Origin: a virus
Direction: 5' to 3' (one strand)
Length of the DNA stretch: 64,000 nucleotides
IMG/VR virus record: IMGVR_UViG_3300012953_000016
Coordinates: 1-64,000 of that record
Notes under the pieces: model-generated
Told to the model about the DNA's origin: nothing
Seen by the model: only the letters and a program-made list of their open reading frames with translations
Databases searched by the model: none
Program-made: the position numbers and the translations under genes
In this document: positions 40,484 through 49,966 of the stretch, in pieces
Layout of the letters: each line of letters opens with the position of its first letter
Position numbering within the stretch: the first letter of the stretch is position 1

Positions 40484-41728
40484 CTATCCTACAATAATTG
40501 CTTTCCCACCAGGAACTGGCATATGGCTTAAGATTTTTCGCATATTCTCTACAGTCGCTGCTTCATCTTCAATCATCTTGCTGTACGTTAGTCCAGCAAG
40601 CAACTCTTTGAGCTGCTCTTGCATTTGCGTTTTTTCTTCGCGGCCCTGTGATACAAGGTCTGAGCCATTAAGCTGCAAGTCCCCACCGGGGATTGGAACC
40701 GAACCAAACTTGGAACGTACTAAACCTAATAATTCTTTTGATAAAGCTAAACAATACTGGCGAATCCATTGACGGCCCATGGAGTTAATCTTCTCATACG
40801 AAAGGTTTCCATAAGGAACATTCGACAAGTTACTCACGCCGTAAATGGAGTCATCCTGGATATCAGGATTGAATGGGTCCGGACTAAACGCAACTCTAAT
40901 CCAGAGTTTCTTTGGATTATCCCCTGTTGGGGTCGGGAAAATACGGATATTAGCACCAGACGTTCTGTATGAATAATTAGACCGCCTAACCCTATTGGAC
41001 AGCTTCATCTGCCCGCCACGTAATACATCTTCAAATATTGGTAGAACGTAGAAAACTGTTTCCGGAGTAAATGACTCAAACGAAAACTCGTTATTTAAGT
41101 AGTTGATTGCTGACGTTGTGTCAAAGAAACGATATTGCGCTTGCGGAGAGTAATGACATATCTCCATAATTTTCATCTTTGTCTTAGGATCACCATCAGG
41201 GGATTGAAGACTAAAAAGCGTGTCACCATCTTCATTTACTAAATCAGTGTACATATCATAATCTTGCTTATCAGTTACTAATTGTATAGATCCTGAATAA
41301 TGGTTATATGATCCACCTATGCCTGCATCGTGTGCATAAGGTGCAGCTCTTCGAAGCATAAACTCGAGGTTCTCCATCGGGAATGTTTGTTCTTTTCCAG
41401 ACGGGCCGGTATATTCAACTCTATCTTCACCTTGGCCTGGCTGACCTTTAACAACTTGCCTAAATGAATCTACACTACCCGTGGGTATACCCAAGAGATT
41501 CATCAATTGAGATGATGCTGCATGTTCGTTAATGATGCTGCTGTATTCTAAAAATGATTCTTCAAAACAAGCCCATACCTGCTTCTTAGTTAGCTCAACG
41601 CTAAGAATGTCATCGCCAAGCTTTCTCTTAACAAAAGTCACCATAGCATCAGCTTCTCTTTGAAACGCAATGTCAGCGTCAAAGAACCCGAATGGAGTAG
41701 GTGCCAATGTATTTATAAATGTTGCCAT
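40484..41728 (-). CDS. Neck/head-tail adaptor (gp13-like)
   Basis: RKLG...L.VELT, QWIRQYCLALSKELLG.VRSKF...PIPGG...LNG; late motif at 41763-41769. Confidence 0.85.
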   Translation of the reverse strand: MATFINTLAPTPFGFFDADIAFQREADAMVTFVKRKLGDDILSVELTKKQVWACFEESFLEYSSIINEHAASSQLMNLLGIPTGSVDSFRQVVKGQPGQGEDRVEYTGPSGKEQTFPMENLEFMLRRAAPYAHDAGIGGSYNHYSGSIQLVTDKQDYDMYTDLVNEDGDTLFSLQSPDGDPKTKMKIMEICHYSPQAQYRFFDTTSAINYLNNEFSFESFTPETVFYVLPIFEDVLRGGQMKLSNRVRRSNYSYRTSGANIRIFPTPTGDNPKKLWIRVAFSPDPFNPDIQDDSIYGVSNLSNVPYGNLSYEKINSMGRQWIRQYCLALSKELLGLVRSKFGSVPIPGGDLQLNGSDLVSQGREEKTQMQEQLKELLAGLTYSKMIEDEAATVENMRKILSHMPVPGGKAIIVG

Positions 41729-41874
41729 GTTACTTTCTCCAGCTAAGGCCGTTGTACAGTATTAAATATACGGCTCGGATCCAGACATTCCACACAGTTG
41801 TATGGAGCTCGTGAAAAAGTTGGGATGCTTGTGCAAATATTACACACAGGCGCTCAGAAAAAATTTGAAAAAAA

Positions 41875-41904
41875 ATAAAAAAGGCGGGCATTGCTGCCCG
41901 CCTT
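41875..41904 (-). terminator. Intrinsic terminator after the decoration genes
   Basis: AAGGCGGGCA-GCAA-TGCCCGCCTT followed by a U tract. Confidence 0.85.
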
Positions 41905-41930
41905 AGTTACAAATTAAGAACTCTTAATGT

Positions 41931-42893
41931 TTATGCGATCCCAACGGACCCCTCATTCTTAAGTACTCCCCAACCAAGCCCTGTTGAGAGTAGGTACAAG
42001 GCCTCTGCATCTGCATTGAATGTCGCAGTTTTCGAGACTCCAGCATGATCACTATATGACATAGCAATTATACCAACGCCGCTTTGGATAACGAGCTTCT
42101 TTGCGCCAGCCGGAGCATTAGCTAAAGTACATGTGCATGTTTCGCTACCTGTATTACCAATAACTGATGTTCCGAAAGCCTGAACTGCAGAACCATTGTC
42201 ACCAGTACCGTCTGTATATGTAACGGTCCAATCATCATCAAGGCCATCCTCACCAGTTCCAAGGTTTCTTAAATCACCTTCGCTGGTATGAAGAGTATCC
42301 CCTAATGACCCATCGATTGATCCAACAGGAAGTACTTCAATCGTCACAACGGACCCATCATCGGTTACAGCAAACTTGGTACCAACAGCATCAGCACCGA
42401 GGCCAGCAGTGTCAGCAGCTCCATCCGGTACTTCATCGGTATCAGCCGGACCAAGTACAGCCGTACAAATGGTTGTATCACCATCAGCTACAGTATCACT
42501 ATAATCTAGACCAGTAGCGTTATTGGCAGTCGTTAGACGTGCTGTGATTGCATTACAAACCTTAACGAGTGTATTAAGTTGTGCAGGACTCTCGCTAAGC
42601 CGAATACTGTTTGCAACAGCTAGGTCGGCGGGTGTAGGGTCTGTCGTATCAGCAGAACCACCATCAAACCAAACATAAAATCTTTCGTCTGGGGTTGCTA
42701 TTCTGAAATATTTTCCAGTAATGTCGATGGCGGAATCACCATCACCACCATCGGCGACATCCGGAGTTACAGTAATGGACGCGCCACCGGCGACGGACTC
42801 TGACTCCATTAAAATTGGGGCATCATTCACCTGAAAACCTGTACCAGCTTCCTGAAGGATACCCTTTGCATTACTAAATGTTACTTTAGGCAT
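41931..42893 (-). CDS. Putative capsid decoration protein, long paralog
   Basis: Follows the MCP; N- and C-termini match 42918..43289; central acidic insertion. Confidence 0.6.
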   Translation of the reverse strand: MPKVTFSNAKGILQEAGTGFQVNDAPILMESESVAGGASITVTPDVADGGDGDSAIDITGKYFRIATPDERFYVWFDGGSADTTDPTPADLAVANSIRLSESPAQLNTLVKVCNAITARLTTANNATGLDYSDTVADGDTTICTAVLGPADTDEVPDGAADTAGLGADAVGTKFAVTDDGSVVTIEVLPVGSIDGSLGDTLHTSEGDLRNLGTGEDGLDDDWTVTYTDGTGDNGSAVQAFGTSVIGNTGSETCTCTLANAPAGAKKLVIQSGVGIIAMSYSDHAGVSKTATFNADAEALYLLSTGLGWGVLKNEGSVGIA

Positions 42894-42917
42894 TTTCTTT
42901 CTCCTTTAGTTAGTTGG

Positions 42918-43289
42918 TTATGGGGTGGTTTCTTCAGCAACGATGACCCATGCATCACCGGTCCATAGAAGGTGAAGATAATCGCCGGCTGCAGTGAGGT
43001 TATCACCAATTTGAGCCGGGTCGGAATTATTAACGGTCAATGCACCAACACCGCCGGCGTAAACAATTGTCTTTAATTGACCTGCAGCATCACCATCAGG
43101 AAGTACTGTTGTTTCTGCATCGCCGCCTGTTGTGATTGAAGATACCCCAAAATTTTGCAAGCTTTCGCCGTCTGCTTCATCAGCGGCGAGCGTTTCGATT
43201 TCTTCTAAGACAGGGGCATCATTTACCTGAAAACCTGTGCCTGATTCTACGACTAATCCCTTAGCCGAACTATAAGTTACTTTTGCCAT
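42918..43289 (-). CDS. Putative capsid decoration protein, short paralog
   Basis: Directly after the MCP terminator; LPDG..AGQLKTI...LLWTG..W; AGGAG SD. Confidence 0.6.
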   Translation of the reverse strand: MAKVTYSSAKGLVVESGTGFQVNDAPVLEEIETLAADEADGESLQNFGVSSITTGGDAETTVLPDGDAAGQLKTIVYAGGVGALTVNNSDPAQIGDNLTAAGDYLHLLWTGDAWVIVAEETTP

Positions 43290-43299
43290 GATCTTTCTC

Positions 43300-43362
43300 C
43301 TTTTTGCATTGCATGATTCCGAAGCGCTGGCAAGTCAGCTGATCAAAAATGCTCCGGGCCTA
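43300..43362 (-). promoter_or_regulatory. Structured 5' leader (candidate cis-regulatory RNA)
   Basis: CCGGAGC/GCUUCGG stem enclosing a GCUG-ACUUGC-CAGC hairpin, between the late motif (43367-43373) and the SD. Confidence 0.45.
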
Positions 43363-43436
43363 CTATTATGTATTGCAAGCAAATATAAACTGATCCATGT
43401 ATATTGTATCACAGGTATGGCAATTTTGCACGAAAT

Positions 43437-43468
43437 AAAAAAAAGGGGCAGTCCGAAGACTGCCCCTT
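43437..43468 (-). terminator. Intrinsic terminator after the major capsid gene
   Basis: GGGGCAGUC-UUCG-GACUGCCCC followed by U8. Confidence 0.92.
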
Positions 43469-43493
43469 AGTAATAAAGACTAACCCGTTCAGA

Positions 43494-45479
43494 TTAGATG
43501 ACGTTCATATCCAGTACGGTAACAGTACCGTAGAAGTCGGAACGAACCATCTTCTTACCATATCGAGTCATGACACCCTTACGTGGGGTGAAGTCCTCTG
43601 GCTGGAAGATAGTTGGGGTAACAATGAGTGGTACGTACGGAGCGTAAACGTAACCGGTCTCAAGATAGCTGCCACCCTTGTATCCAACAAGGATCTTGTT
43701 GCGTGGGAAGTATGGGTCCTTATAAACCGTAAAACGATTTGAAAGGGTACCAACCTTATCCGCGCCGATTGTCATCGGGGAACCGACCTGTCCGTCACCA
43801 TCAAGGCTATAGGAGGGTCTGTACATTACGGAAGACTCGAGGATTGTTGCAACATCAGGTCCAACGACGATGAAGTTTGCAGAACCACGAAGAGTCTTGC
43901 GGTGAATTGCGTTAGCGGCGTCGATAACTGTCTCAGTAAGAGTCTCATACCACTCACGAACCGTACCGGTGAAGGCAGGGCCAGGAGTAAGCGAAGATGT
44001 ACTAGAAACTTCGGCGCCGGTTTCCTTGTTGACAAACTTACCAGGTGAACGCGACCAGAAGAGGTTTGCGCCATTACCCTGGACCAGAAGGTCATTAAGG
44101 ATTTCGCGATCGATTTCAAGAGCAATCTGCTCAGAAAGAATCTGTGTAAGCTCAACCTCAGCGTCAAGGCTGTGATAAGCGTTAAGATCTTGTGCAAGCT
44201 CTGGGGACCACTTGGCCTTGAGCTTACGTGACTGAGCTGTTACTGCAAGAGATTCAATCTTAATATCGATTTCTGGCATAACATTGTTGCCGTTCTCGCC
44301 ATCACCTTCCATGGAAGGAATAACAAGCGAACTAGCGTCATTAGCAGGTGAGTCGAACCCAGCACCAATAACATGCGATAGAGTAAGACCGATGTGAGCA
44401 TCAGCAAGATCACCTACTGCGGTGCTGATTGCAGTAGCACCAGCAGATGCCTTTCTAACAATCATCTTGCAAACTAGTTCACCAGCAGCTGCACTTGCAT
44501 CATCACCACGAGCAGCAAAAGCATTTGCGGTGAAGTTGTTACTAGCATCTAAAGTACCAAGCTCGTTTAAGCGACGTAAATTAGCTGCTGTCCCTGCTTG
44601 CATTCCGGCGGGAATGGTAGAGAGACCTGCATGTGCACCAGGTGTACCAGTTAATGCTAACGCAGTAACTTGAGTTGTATCAAGGTTTGCGATCGTGCTT
44701 CGCATTGGGACATAAACAACACCCCACGCTTCACCAAGATCACCATCGATACGATTAGAAACCTCTGGGTCGAAACCAAGAAGTCGGCCATCAGCACCAG
44801 TAGTTGCAAGATCATTACCTGCAGCTAGTGCGCCACCTGCATGAGCACCTTGAGCGGTTACTTGCAATGAGTGGGTGGCGCCTAGGGCACCAGCACCGGC
44901 TGTTGATGTGTCGCCATCGTTGCTGACAGATACCTCAAACTGGACGTCAATCGTTGCAGCACGATCTGTACAAGCGATTGAGTGGCGCTTTGAGTAGGCT
45001 GAACCGGCAAGATCATACTGACCACCGGAGCCAAGAGATCCACTCTGAATTCCTTTACCAGCTGGTCCATTATATAAGGACTCTTCGGCATTGGCTACCC
45101 CACCCTGATCTGTACCATAGGTGTAATCAAGGTAAAAGAGTAATCCGGAAGGAAGGCTCATTGGTTGAATGCTAACAAGATCATTAGCGATAAGGCCGCC
45201 GAATACTCGGCGAACAATTGGGAAAGCTACGTTGGAAAAACCACGTACCTTGCCGGCATCACCCATAGCACCTGCAGCAGAGCCAAGAGTACTTGCCTCA
45301 CGCAGGACTTGAGATGCCTGATTTTCTAACATACATGCCATGTTCTCGCGGTTTACACCATCGAGTCCACGGAGGAGCCCTGTGCGGCTCCACTTTTCGA
45401 CCAACCGTCGGTTCTGAGTGCCGAGATGACGTGCTCTGATGCCTTCGGTTAGTTGTTCTAAACTAAAAGACTTTGACAT
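43494..45479 (-). CDS. Major capsid protein (T4 gp23-like)
   Basis: KW...GLL, FPIVRRVF..LIA..LVS.QPM..PSGL.FYLD, RKLKAKWSPE.AQDL.AYH..DAE.EL, YAPYVPL, F.PRKG.MTRYG. Confidence 0.97.
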   Translation of the reverse strand: MSKSFSLEQLTEGIRARHLGTQNRRLVEKWSRTGLLRGLDGVNRENMACMLENQASQVLREASTLGSAAGAMGDAGKVRGFSNVAFPIVRRVFGGLIANDLVSIQPMSLPSGLLFYLDYTYGTDQGGVANAEESLYNGPAGKGIQSGSLGSGGQYDLAGSAYSKRHSIACTDRAATIDVQFEVSVSNDGDTSTAGAGALGATHSLQVTAQGAHAGGALAAGNDLATTGADGRLLGFDPEVSNRIDGDLGEAWGVVYVPMRSTIANLDTTQVTALALTGTPGAHAGLSTIPAGMQAGTAANLRRLNELGTLDASNNFTANAFAARGDDASAAAGELVCKMIVRKASAGATAISTAVGDLADAHIGLTLSHVIGAGFDSPANDASSLVIPSMEGDGENGNNVMPEIDIKIESLAVTAQSRKLKAKWSPELAQDLNAYHSLDAEVELTQILSEQIALEIDREILNDLLVQGNGANLFWSRSPGKFVNKETGAEVSSTSSLTPGPAFTGTVREWYETLTETVIDAANAIHRKTLRGSANFIVVGPDVATILESSVMYRPSYSLDGDGQVGSPMTIGADKVGTLSNRFTVYKDPYFPRNKILVGYKGGSYLETGYVYAPYVPLIVTPTIFQPEDFTPRKGVMTRYGKKMVRSDFYGTVTVLDMNVI

Positions 45480-45534
45480 TTTGTAATCTCCTTATTGATT
45501 TAATATCGTTGTGTCAAAACTGGAATACGATAAC

Positions 45535-47310
45535 TTACTTGCTACCTAATCCAGCAAGTACTGCCCAACGATCTACCTCAACACCACTCTTGGCCGCAGC
45601 AGCGGACCGGGTTGATTTGGAAGATGAGCCACCGCGCAGTGCGCGACTCTCAGTTAAAGAACGACCGGATGTCGTACTCTTCTTGAGAGAAGCAGTGAGG
45701 CTCTGATATAGCAACTTGGCTTCCCTAAGTGTCTTAGCCTTATCAAGGGCTTCAACAATGGCACGCTGTTGCTTTGGCGTAACATTACGGTTTTGCATAA
45801 GCTTATTTGCATAAAGCAGCTTAGCATTAAACAAGTTCATCTCAGTAAGTTGAGTGCGGAGGGAACCGACCGCTTTCTTATATTCAACTAACTGTCGAGA
45901 AAGAGCACGACTCTTACGGCTCTCATTTACTCTACGATTTCTTGAAACTTTACGATTTCTTGCAGCTCGTCGACGTCGATAACTCTCTGGCATCGCGTCA
46001 CCCCCTGCAGGGCGTCCACCAGCATCAGGACTTGGTGCATCACCAAGTTCGTCAGCCAATGCATTTAGAAGTGTGTCTTCATCAACATCTACAAAAGAAT
46101 CACCTTCTTCATCGCCGTCGCCGAAGTTATCAAGGACGGCAGCATCTACGCCTTCGCCTTCTCTAATTCTTTGTCGGCGCATGCGCTGAAGCTCACGTCG
46201 AAGCATTGTTTCGCTAATCTCTACGATTTCATCATCGTCAGAAACTGCAACATCAACAGAAATGCCGTCGTTCTCAAGGGCAAACTCATCGCCACCCTCT
46301 TCTTCGCCGCCAGCTTCCATTCCTTCGCCGCCTTCTTCACCTTCTTCATCACCAGGTGCTTCAATTTCTAATTCAAACTCAAGGTCGCTTAGCAGGGCAT
46401 CAAGTTCCTCAGCTTCTTCTTCATCAGCTGGGGCCAAGACTACCTGAGCGTCAACCTCTTCGAGTTCTTCCTTTGTCTCTTCTTCTTTCTCTTCAGCCTC
46501 AAATAGGTTCAGAACGCTAAAGAGGTCCTTTTTATTATAAGCCATGTGCTTCATCTCCTTAAGTATAGATCGTGCTCGCCTACGAAGGCCGGTTTTATCG
46601 GACTCTCCTTCAGTAAGTATTGCATCATTGTACAAACTGAATGCTTCCCTGAGCAACTTCGTATAGTTTTTACGGATTATTGCCTGTTGGGAAGGTTGTA
46701 GATTGTTAATATTCAAACGTTCAAAAATTCGGCTTAGCTTTCGAACATTTTTTTCTAGATGCTGAATTCTCTTCAGCTTAGTCGATGCCTTTCGCTCATT
46801 TTGCAAAAGACTAGTTAAAGCTTCCGCCATTTGCTGGCTTAAGAGAATATCATCATCCTCGCCACCACCTTCGGCATCGCCTACGTGAAGATCAACGCTG
46901 CCGGTGTCAACGACAACCGAACCATCAGCCCCAATCTCTACATCCACATCTGCACCAGCTGGAACACTTACTGAAGGTTGTCCAGAGACACCTTCAGGTT
47001 CATCCACCATTGCTGGTACATCGAGTTCTGCTCCAGCGGAGGCCAATGCATCTAAATCAATAGTCATTGGCTCCTCTGCAGGTGGAGCTTCTCCCTCAAT
47101 ATCTGTACCCATTTCCTCAGGCATAGCGCCGAGGTCTTCAAGATCTTCATCAGACATGTCTAATGCTTCTTCATTTAAGAGCTCTCTTTCAATGAGCGCT
47201 CGAATCTTGGGTGTTACAGCGTTAATAATTTTATTCTTTGCATTTTGCTCAGCCATCTCTCTTAATTGCCTGGCTTCTGCAATAGCTTCTTGATAAAGGT
47301 TTGTTCCCAT
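45535..47310 (-). CDS. Prohead scaffold/core protein
   Basis: EAIAEA..L...A..NAK, long Glu-rich region, EMNLFNAKLLY.NKL; directly upstream of the MCP; late motif at 47339-47345. Confidence 0.8.
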   Translation of the reverse strand: MGTNLYQEAIAEARQLREMAEQNAKNKIINAVTPKIRALIERELLNEEALDMSDEDLEDLGAMPEEMGTDIEGEAPPAEEPMTIDLDALASAGAELDVPAMVDEPEGVSGQPSVSVPAGADVDVEIGADGSVVVDTGSVDLHVGDAEGGGEDDDILLSQQMAEALTSLLQNERKASTKLKRIQHLEKNVRKLSRIFERLNINNLQPSQQAIIRKNYTKLLREAFSLYNDAILTEGESDKTGLRRRARSILKEMKHMAYNKKDLFSVLNLFEAEEKEEETKEELEEVDAQVVLAPADEEEAEELDALLSDLEFELEIEAPGDEEGEEGGEGMEAGGEEEGGDEFALENDGISVDVAVSDDDEIVEISETMLRRELQRMRRQRIREGEGVDAAVLDNFGDGDEEGDSFVDVDEDTLLNALADELGDAPSPDAGGRPAGGDAMPESYRRRRAARNRKVSRNRRVNESRKSRALSRQLVEYKKAVGSLRTQLTEMNLFNAKLLYANKLMQNRNVTPKQQRAIVEALDKAKTLREAKLLYQSLTASLKKSTTSGRSLTESRALRGGSSSKSTRSAAAAKSGVEVDRWAVLAGLGSK

Positions 47311-47499
47311 GCTTATCTCACCTTGAAATGCTAGTTCATAAATATATCGCTGGGTGTAAAAGTTACATACCAGCGTGCATCATTTATTATATGTATTCTC
47401 ATCAACTCAACAGTTCCACAGACATTTTCAAGATTTTGTTGCATTTGTTCTTTCATTTGTTATCCTAACAATATCCACTGTAAGCATGAATTTGTAAAT

Positions 47500-48111
47500 T
47501 TAATCTTGCGATTTGCTTTTTTCTTTGTGTTGTTCACTATGAATTGCGTTAATTAATTGCCTTAGTTTTAACATTACATCGTTTTCTGTCGGAGGTATAT
47601 CATTAATTTCATAAGCTGGTGGTTCTTTTATTCCCATGTCCATCGGGGGTGGGCTTTTAGAGTATCCATGTTTGGTACCATAAGAAATATTTCCTGAGCC
47701 CCTAGAAGGATACTCAGGGCCTGCATGATGGTGTCCAGATACAGACCCACCCAATGCTACTTCTCTTCCTTTATATAAATCAGGAATCGGAACCATACTG
47801 TTTTTTGCAATACCTTCGCTTAACCGGGTATTTCCAGCTACAAAATAAAATGGATTATTTTTTTTATTTGACATAAAGTCCGTGATGTGATGTCCCATAT
47901 TTGTCTTTCTTACAAATACGTCTATAGTTTCATCATCGATTTGTTCTTCTATATCATCATGATCATCAGGCTCGATATACGGAAACGTATCATGCTGCAT
48001 TTTATGCACATGAAACTCAGGCTCGAGGCGACCATACCCCAAGCCTTTTCTATCATCATAATTACTTTTAACAGCAGATGTTGGTCGTTTGCTAAGATAG
48101 CTGCCAGACAT
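47500..48111 (-). CDS. Hypothetical head-region protein
   Basis: 203-aa ORF in the head operon. Confidence 0.65.
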   Translation of the reverse strand: MSGSYLSKRPTSAVKSNYDDRKGLGYGRLEPEFHVHKMQHDTFPYIEPDDHDDIEEQIDDETIDVFVRKTNMGHHITDFMSNKKNNPFYFVAGNTRLSEGIAKNSMVPIPDLYKGREVALGGSVSGHHHAGPEYPSRGSGNISYGTKHGYSKSPPPMDMGIKEPPAYEINDIPPTENDVMLKLRQLINAIHSEQHKEKSKSQD

Positions 48112-48119
48112 TTAGCACC

Positions 48120-48659
48120 TTATCCTTTATTATACGAACCAATTGAGCCTTTGTGGCTCTTACCCATGATATATTTTTTAACTTTATGAGCTGATTGTCT
48201 TTTTGAAGACGCCATGGGATCTAGTGCAGAACCTTCCCCAATATATGGTGGGCGTGACGTCTTCATCTTTTCAAATCCATCAGGTGGATCTGGTAGATCG
48301 GCAGGATTTACACTTCCTACACCAGGACTAGCTGGGTTTGGAACATGTGGGCCAGCAGGTAGACCACCTGGTCCGGTCTCTACCTGGGAAAGAACAGGTG
48401 GTTTGTTTGGTGTTGTACCCTTATCATAATCGCGGCTGAATGATGAAAAGCAATATCCGTTCTCAACAACACCATCTAAAACATTTTCCTGAAAATGTTC
48501 TTGAATAAAATCCCGGGTCAACGATCCGTCATGAATCGGTGACCCGGGAAAAGATGCCTTCAAAGATTTTGTGTTCGAACGAGATAGTTCTTTCACACCA
48601 CCAAGCTTACCATTCCCACCTTCAGGAGTATCTACTGTATTTTGATTGTGGCTTGGCAT
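48120..48659 (-). CDS. Pro/Gly-rich head-region protein, paralog B
   Basis: SPIH, RDY, VETG.GGLPA...VPNP.SPG.GS.NPAD shared with 48674..49150. Confidence 0.7.
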   Translation of the reverse strand: MPSHNQNTVDTPEGGNGKLGGVKELSRSNTKSLKASFPGSPIHDGSLTRDFIQEHFQENVLDGVVENGYCFSSFSRDYDKGTTPNKPPVLSQVETGPGGLPAGPHVPNPASPGVGSVNPADLPDPPDGFEKMKTSRPPYIGEGSALDPMASSKRQSAHKVKKYIMGKSHKGSIGSYNKG

Positions 48660-48673
48660 AGCTTATTACCTTA

Positions 48674-49150
48674 TTATGATGGAGTCGACTTACCTAAGCC
48701 ATAATCACCAAGTGTGTGAGTTGAAATCGCCTCAGAAGACTTTTTCGGGCTTAGCTGGGAACCTACTCCGGTACCCCATGTATCGCCGGCTTTTTCACCA
48801 TATCCATCTGGTGGATCTTGTTGATCAGCTGGATTTTGACTTCCTGGTCCTGGTGATGTTGGGTTAGGAACCCAAGCGCTAGCGGGAAGTCCGCCTCCGC
48901 CTGTTTCAACATCGCCATATTCAGGGGCGTCAGAATAATCTCTATTTAAGATACCAAAGGTGTGACCTGCATCATTAACAGCACCATCGAGACAAAGCTC
49001 TTGGAACTGCTCCTTAATGCTATCAACTGTCATATCAGACGAATGAATAGGAGAGGCAGCAAAAATAGTTGACATCTGTTTACTGTCATGGCGTCCTTTG
49101 TCCTTATTAGAAACAACAGACTTAACAGTTACTTGTTTATGAGTTGGCAT
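48674..49150 (-). CDS. Pro/Gly-rich head-region protein, paralog A
   Basis: Co-linear similarity with 48120..48659; AGGAG SD. Confidence 0.7.
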   Translation of the reverse strand: MPTHKQVTVKSVVSNKDKGRHDSKQMSTIFAASPIHSSDMTVDSIKEQFQELCLDGAVNDAGHTFGILNRDYSDAPEYGDVETGGGGLPASAWVPNPTSPGPGSQNPADQQDPPDGYGEKAGDTWGTGVGSQLSPKKSSEAISTHTLGDYGLGKSTPS

Positions 49151-49168
49151 AATTAACTCCTTTTAGAA

Positions 49169-49462
49169 TTACTTGCGACGTGCTGTACGTACAATACGTC
49201 CGCGAAGCTTCTTTTTAGCTTCATTTACTTTACGCAACTTTTTCTTCAACTTGCCTTCCTCAATTTTGAGAGCGGCCATAATATCGATATCTTTAGCAAT
49301 GGTATCTGCTTCGTCACCGGCTTCTACTTCATCAGCAGTGACCTTAGCAGGATCATCAATTCCGGCCTCGATTGGGTCGGATTCTCTAAGCATTTTAGCT
49401 TTTTCTTCTAAAACAAGGCGCCGAAGCATCCTTGGTGTAAGTCTTTTAACTCGTCTTGACAT
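49169..49462 (-). CDS. Small prohead core/internal protein
   Basis: LT..MLRRLVLEE..MLRE N-terminus; late motif at 49503-49509. Confidence 0.6.
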   Translation of the reverse strand: MSRRVKRLTPRMLRRLVLEEKAKMLRESDPIEAGIDDPAKVTADEVEAGDEADTIAKDIDIMAALKIEEGKLKKKLRKVNEAKKKLRGRIVRTARRK

Positions 49463-49537
49463 GATTCTTAACTCCTATTCATAATAATTTACGAATCTAT
49501 TATACATATTTCGCTTAAGCAGATTTTGACCTCTGTT

Positions 49538-49957
49538 TTACGGCATTGTTTTCTTTTCAGTGAAAGCTAAACTAGCCCAACGGTCAGTAGCTTCTCCGAA
49601 TAAATCTTCTAGCTCAGCACCTTGGCCATGGCCTTCATTCACTAAATTGCTTCCACCGGCCACCTGTTGGCCGGTTTCGCCACCTAATTGATCTTGTAGC
49701 GTCGTCATCGCTGTATCCCTAAAAATACTTGTCATTATGGGATCGCTTGTTAAACCAGAAACCGTTTCATTGACAGCTGATTCAAATTTATCCACAGAAG
49801 GGCTGGAGACATTCATCGATGTAGATTTTCTTTTTGGCTTCCTTGCAGCCCTAGGGCTGGCCTGTGTACCAGAAGACTCATGAAGCAAACCTTCAGCTAG
49901 TATTTCCATTAAACACTCTTTAACGACATTCTTTAATTGATTTCTAGATACCTTCAT
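49538..49957 (-). CDS. Prohead core/internal protein
   Basis: MKVSRNQLKNVVKECLMEILAEG N-terminus; DP.M..IF.DTA.TTL, W..LAF. Confidence 0.6.
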   Translation of the reverse strand: MKVSRNQLKNVVKECLMEILAEGLLHESSGTQASPRAARKPKRKSTSMNVSSPSVDKFESAVNETVSGLTSDPIMTSIFRDTAMTTLQDQLGGETGQQVAGGSNLVNEGHGQGAELEDLFGEATDRWASLAFTEKKTMP

Positions 49958-49966
49958 TATGTCCCT

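Noticed and set aside
41770-41870. Intergenic stretch between the terminator and the neck promoter
   Set aside because: No cloverleaf, repeat or credible ORF was seen.
43300-43362. HDV-like ribozyme or known riboswitch call for the decoration-gene leader
   Set aside because: The topology is loosely similar, but the L3 consensus, P1.1 and a properly placed catalytic C are not evident, and no riboswitch consensus was recognised.
47346-47499. AT-rich intergenic gap as an origin or small RNA
   Set aside because: No convincing iterons, stable stems or ORF were found.
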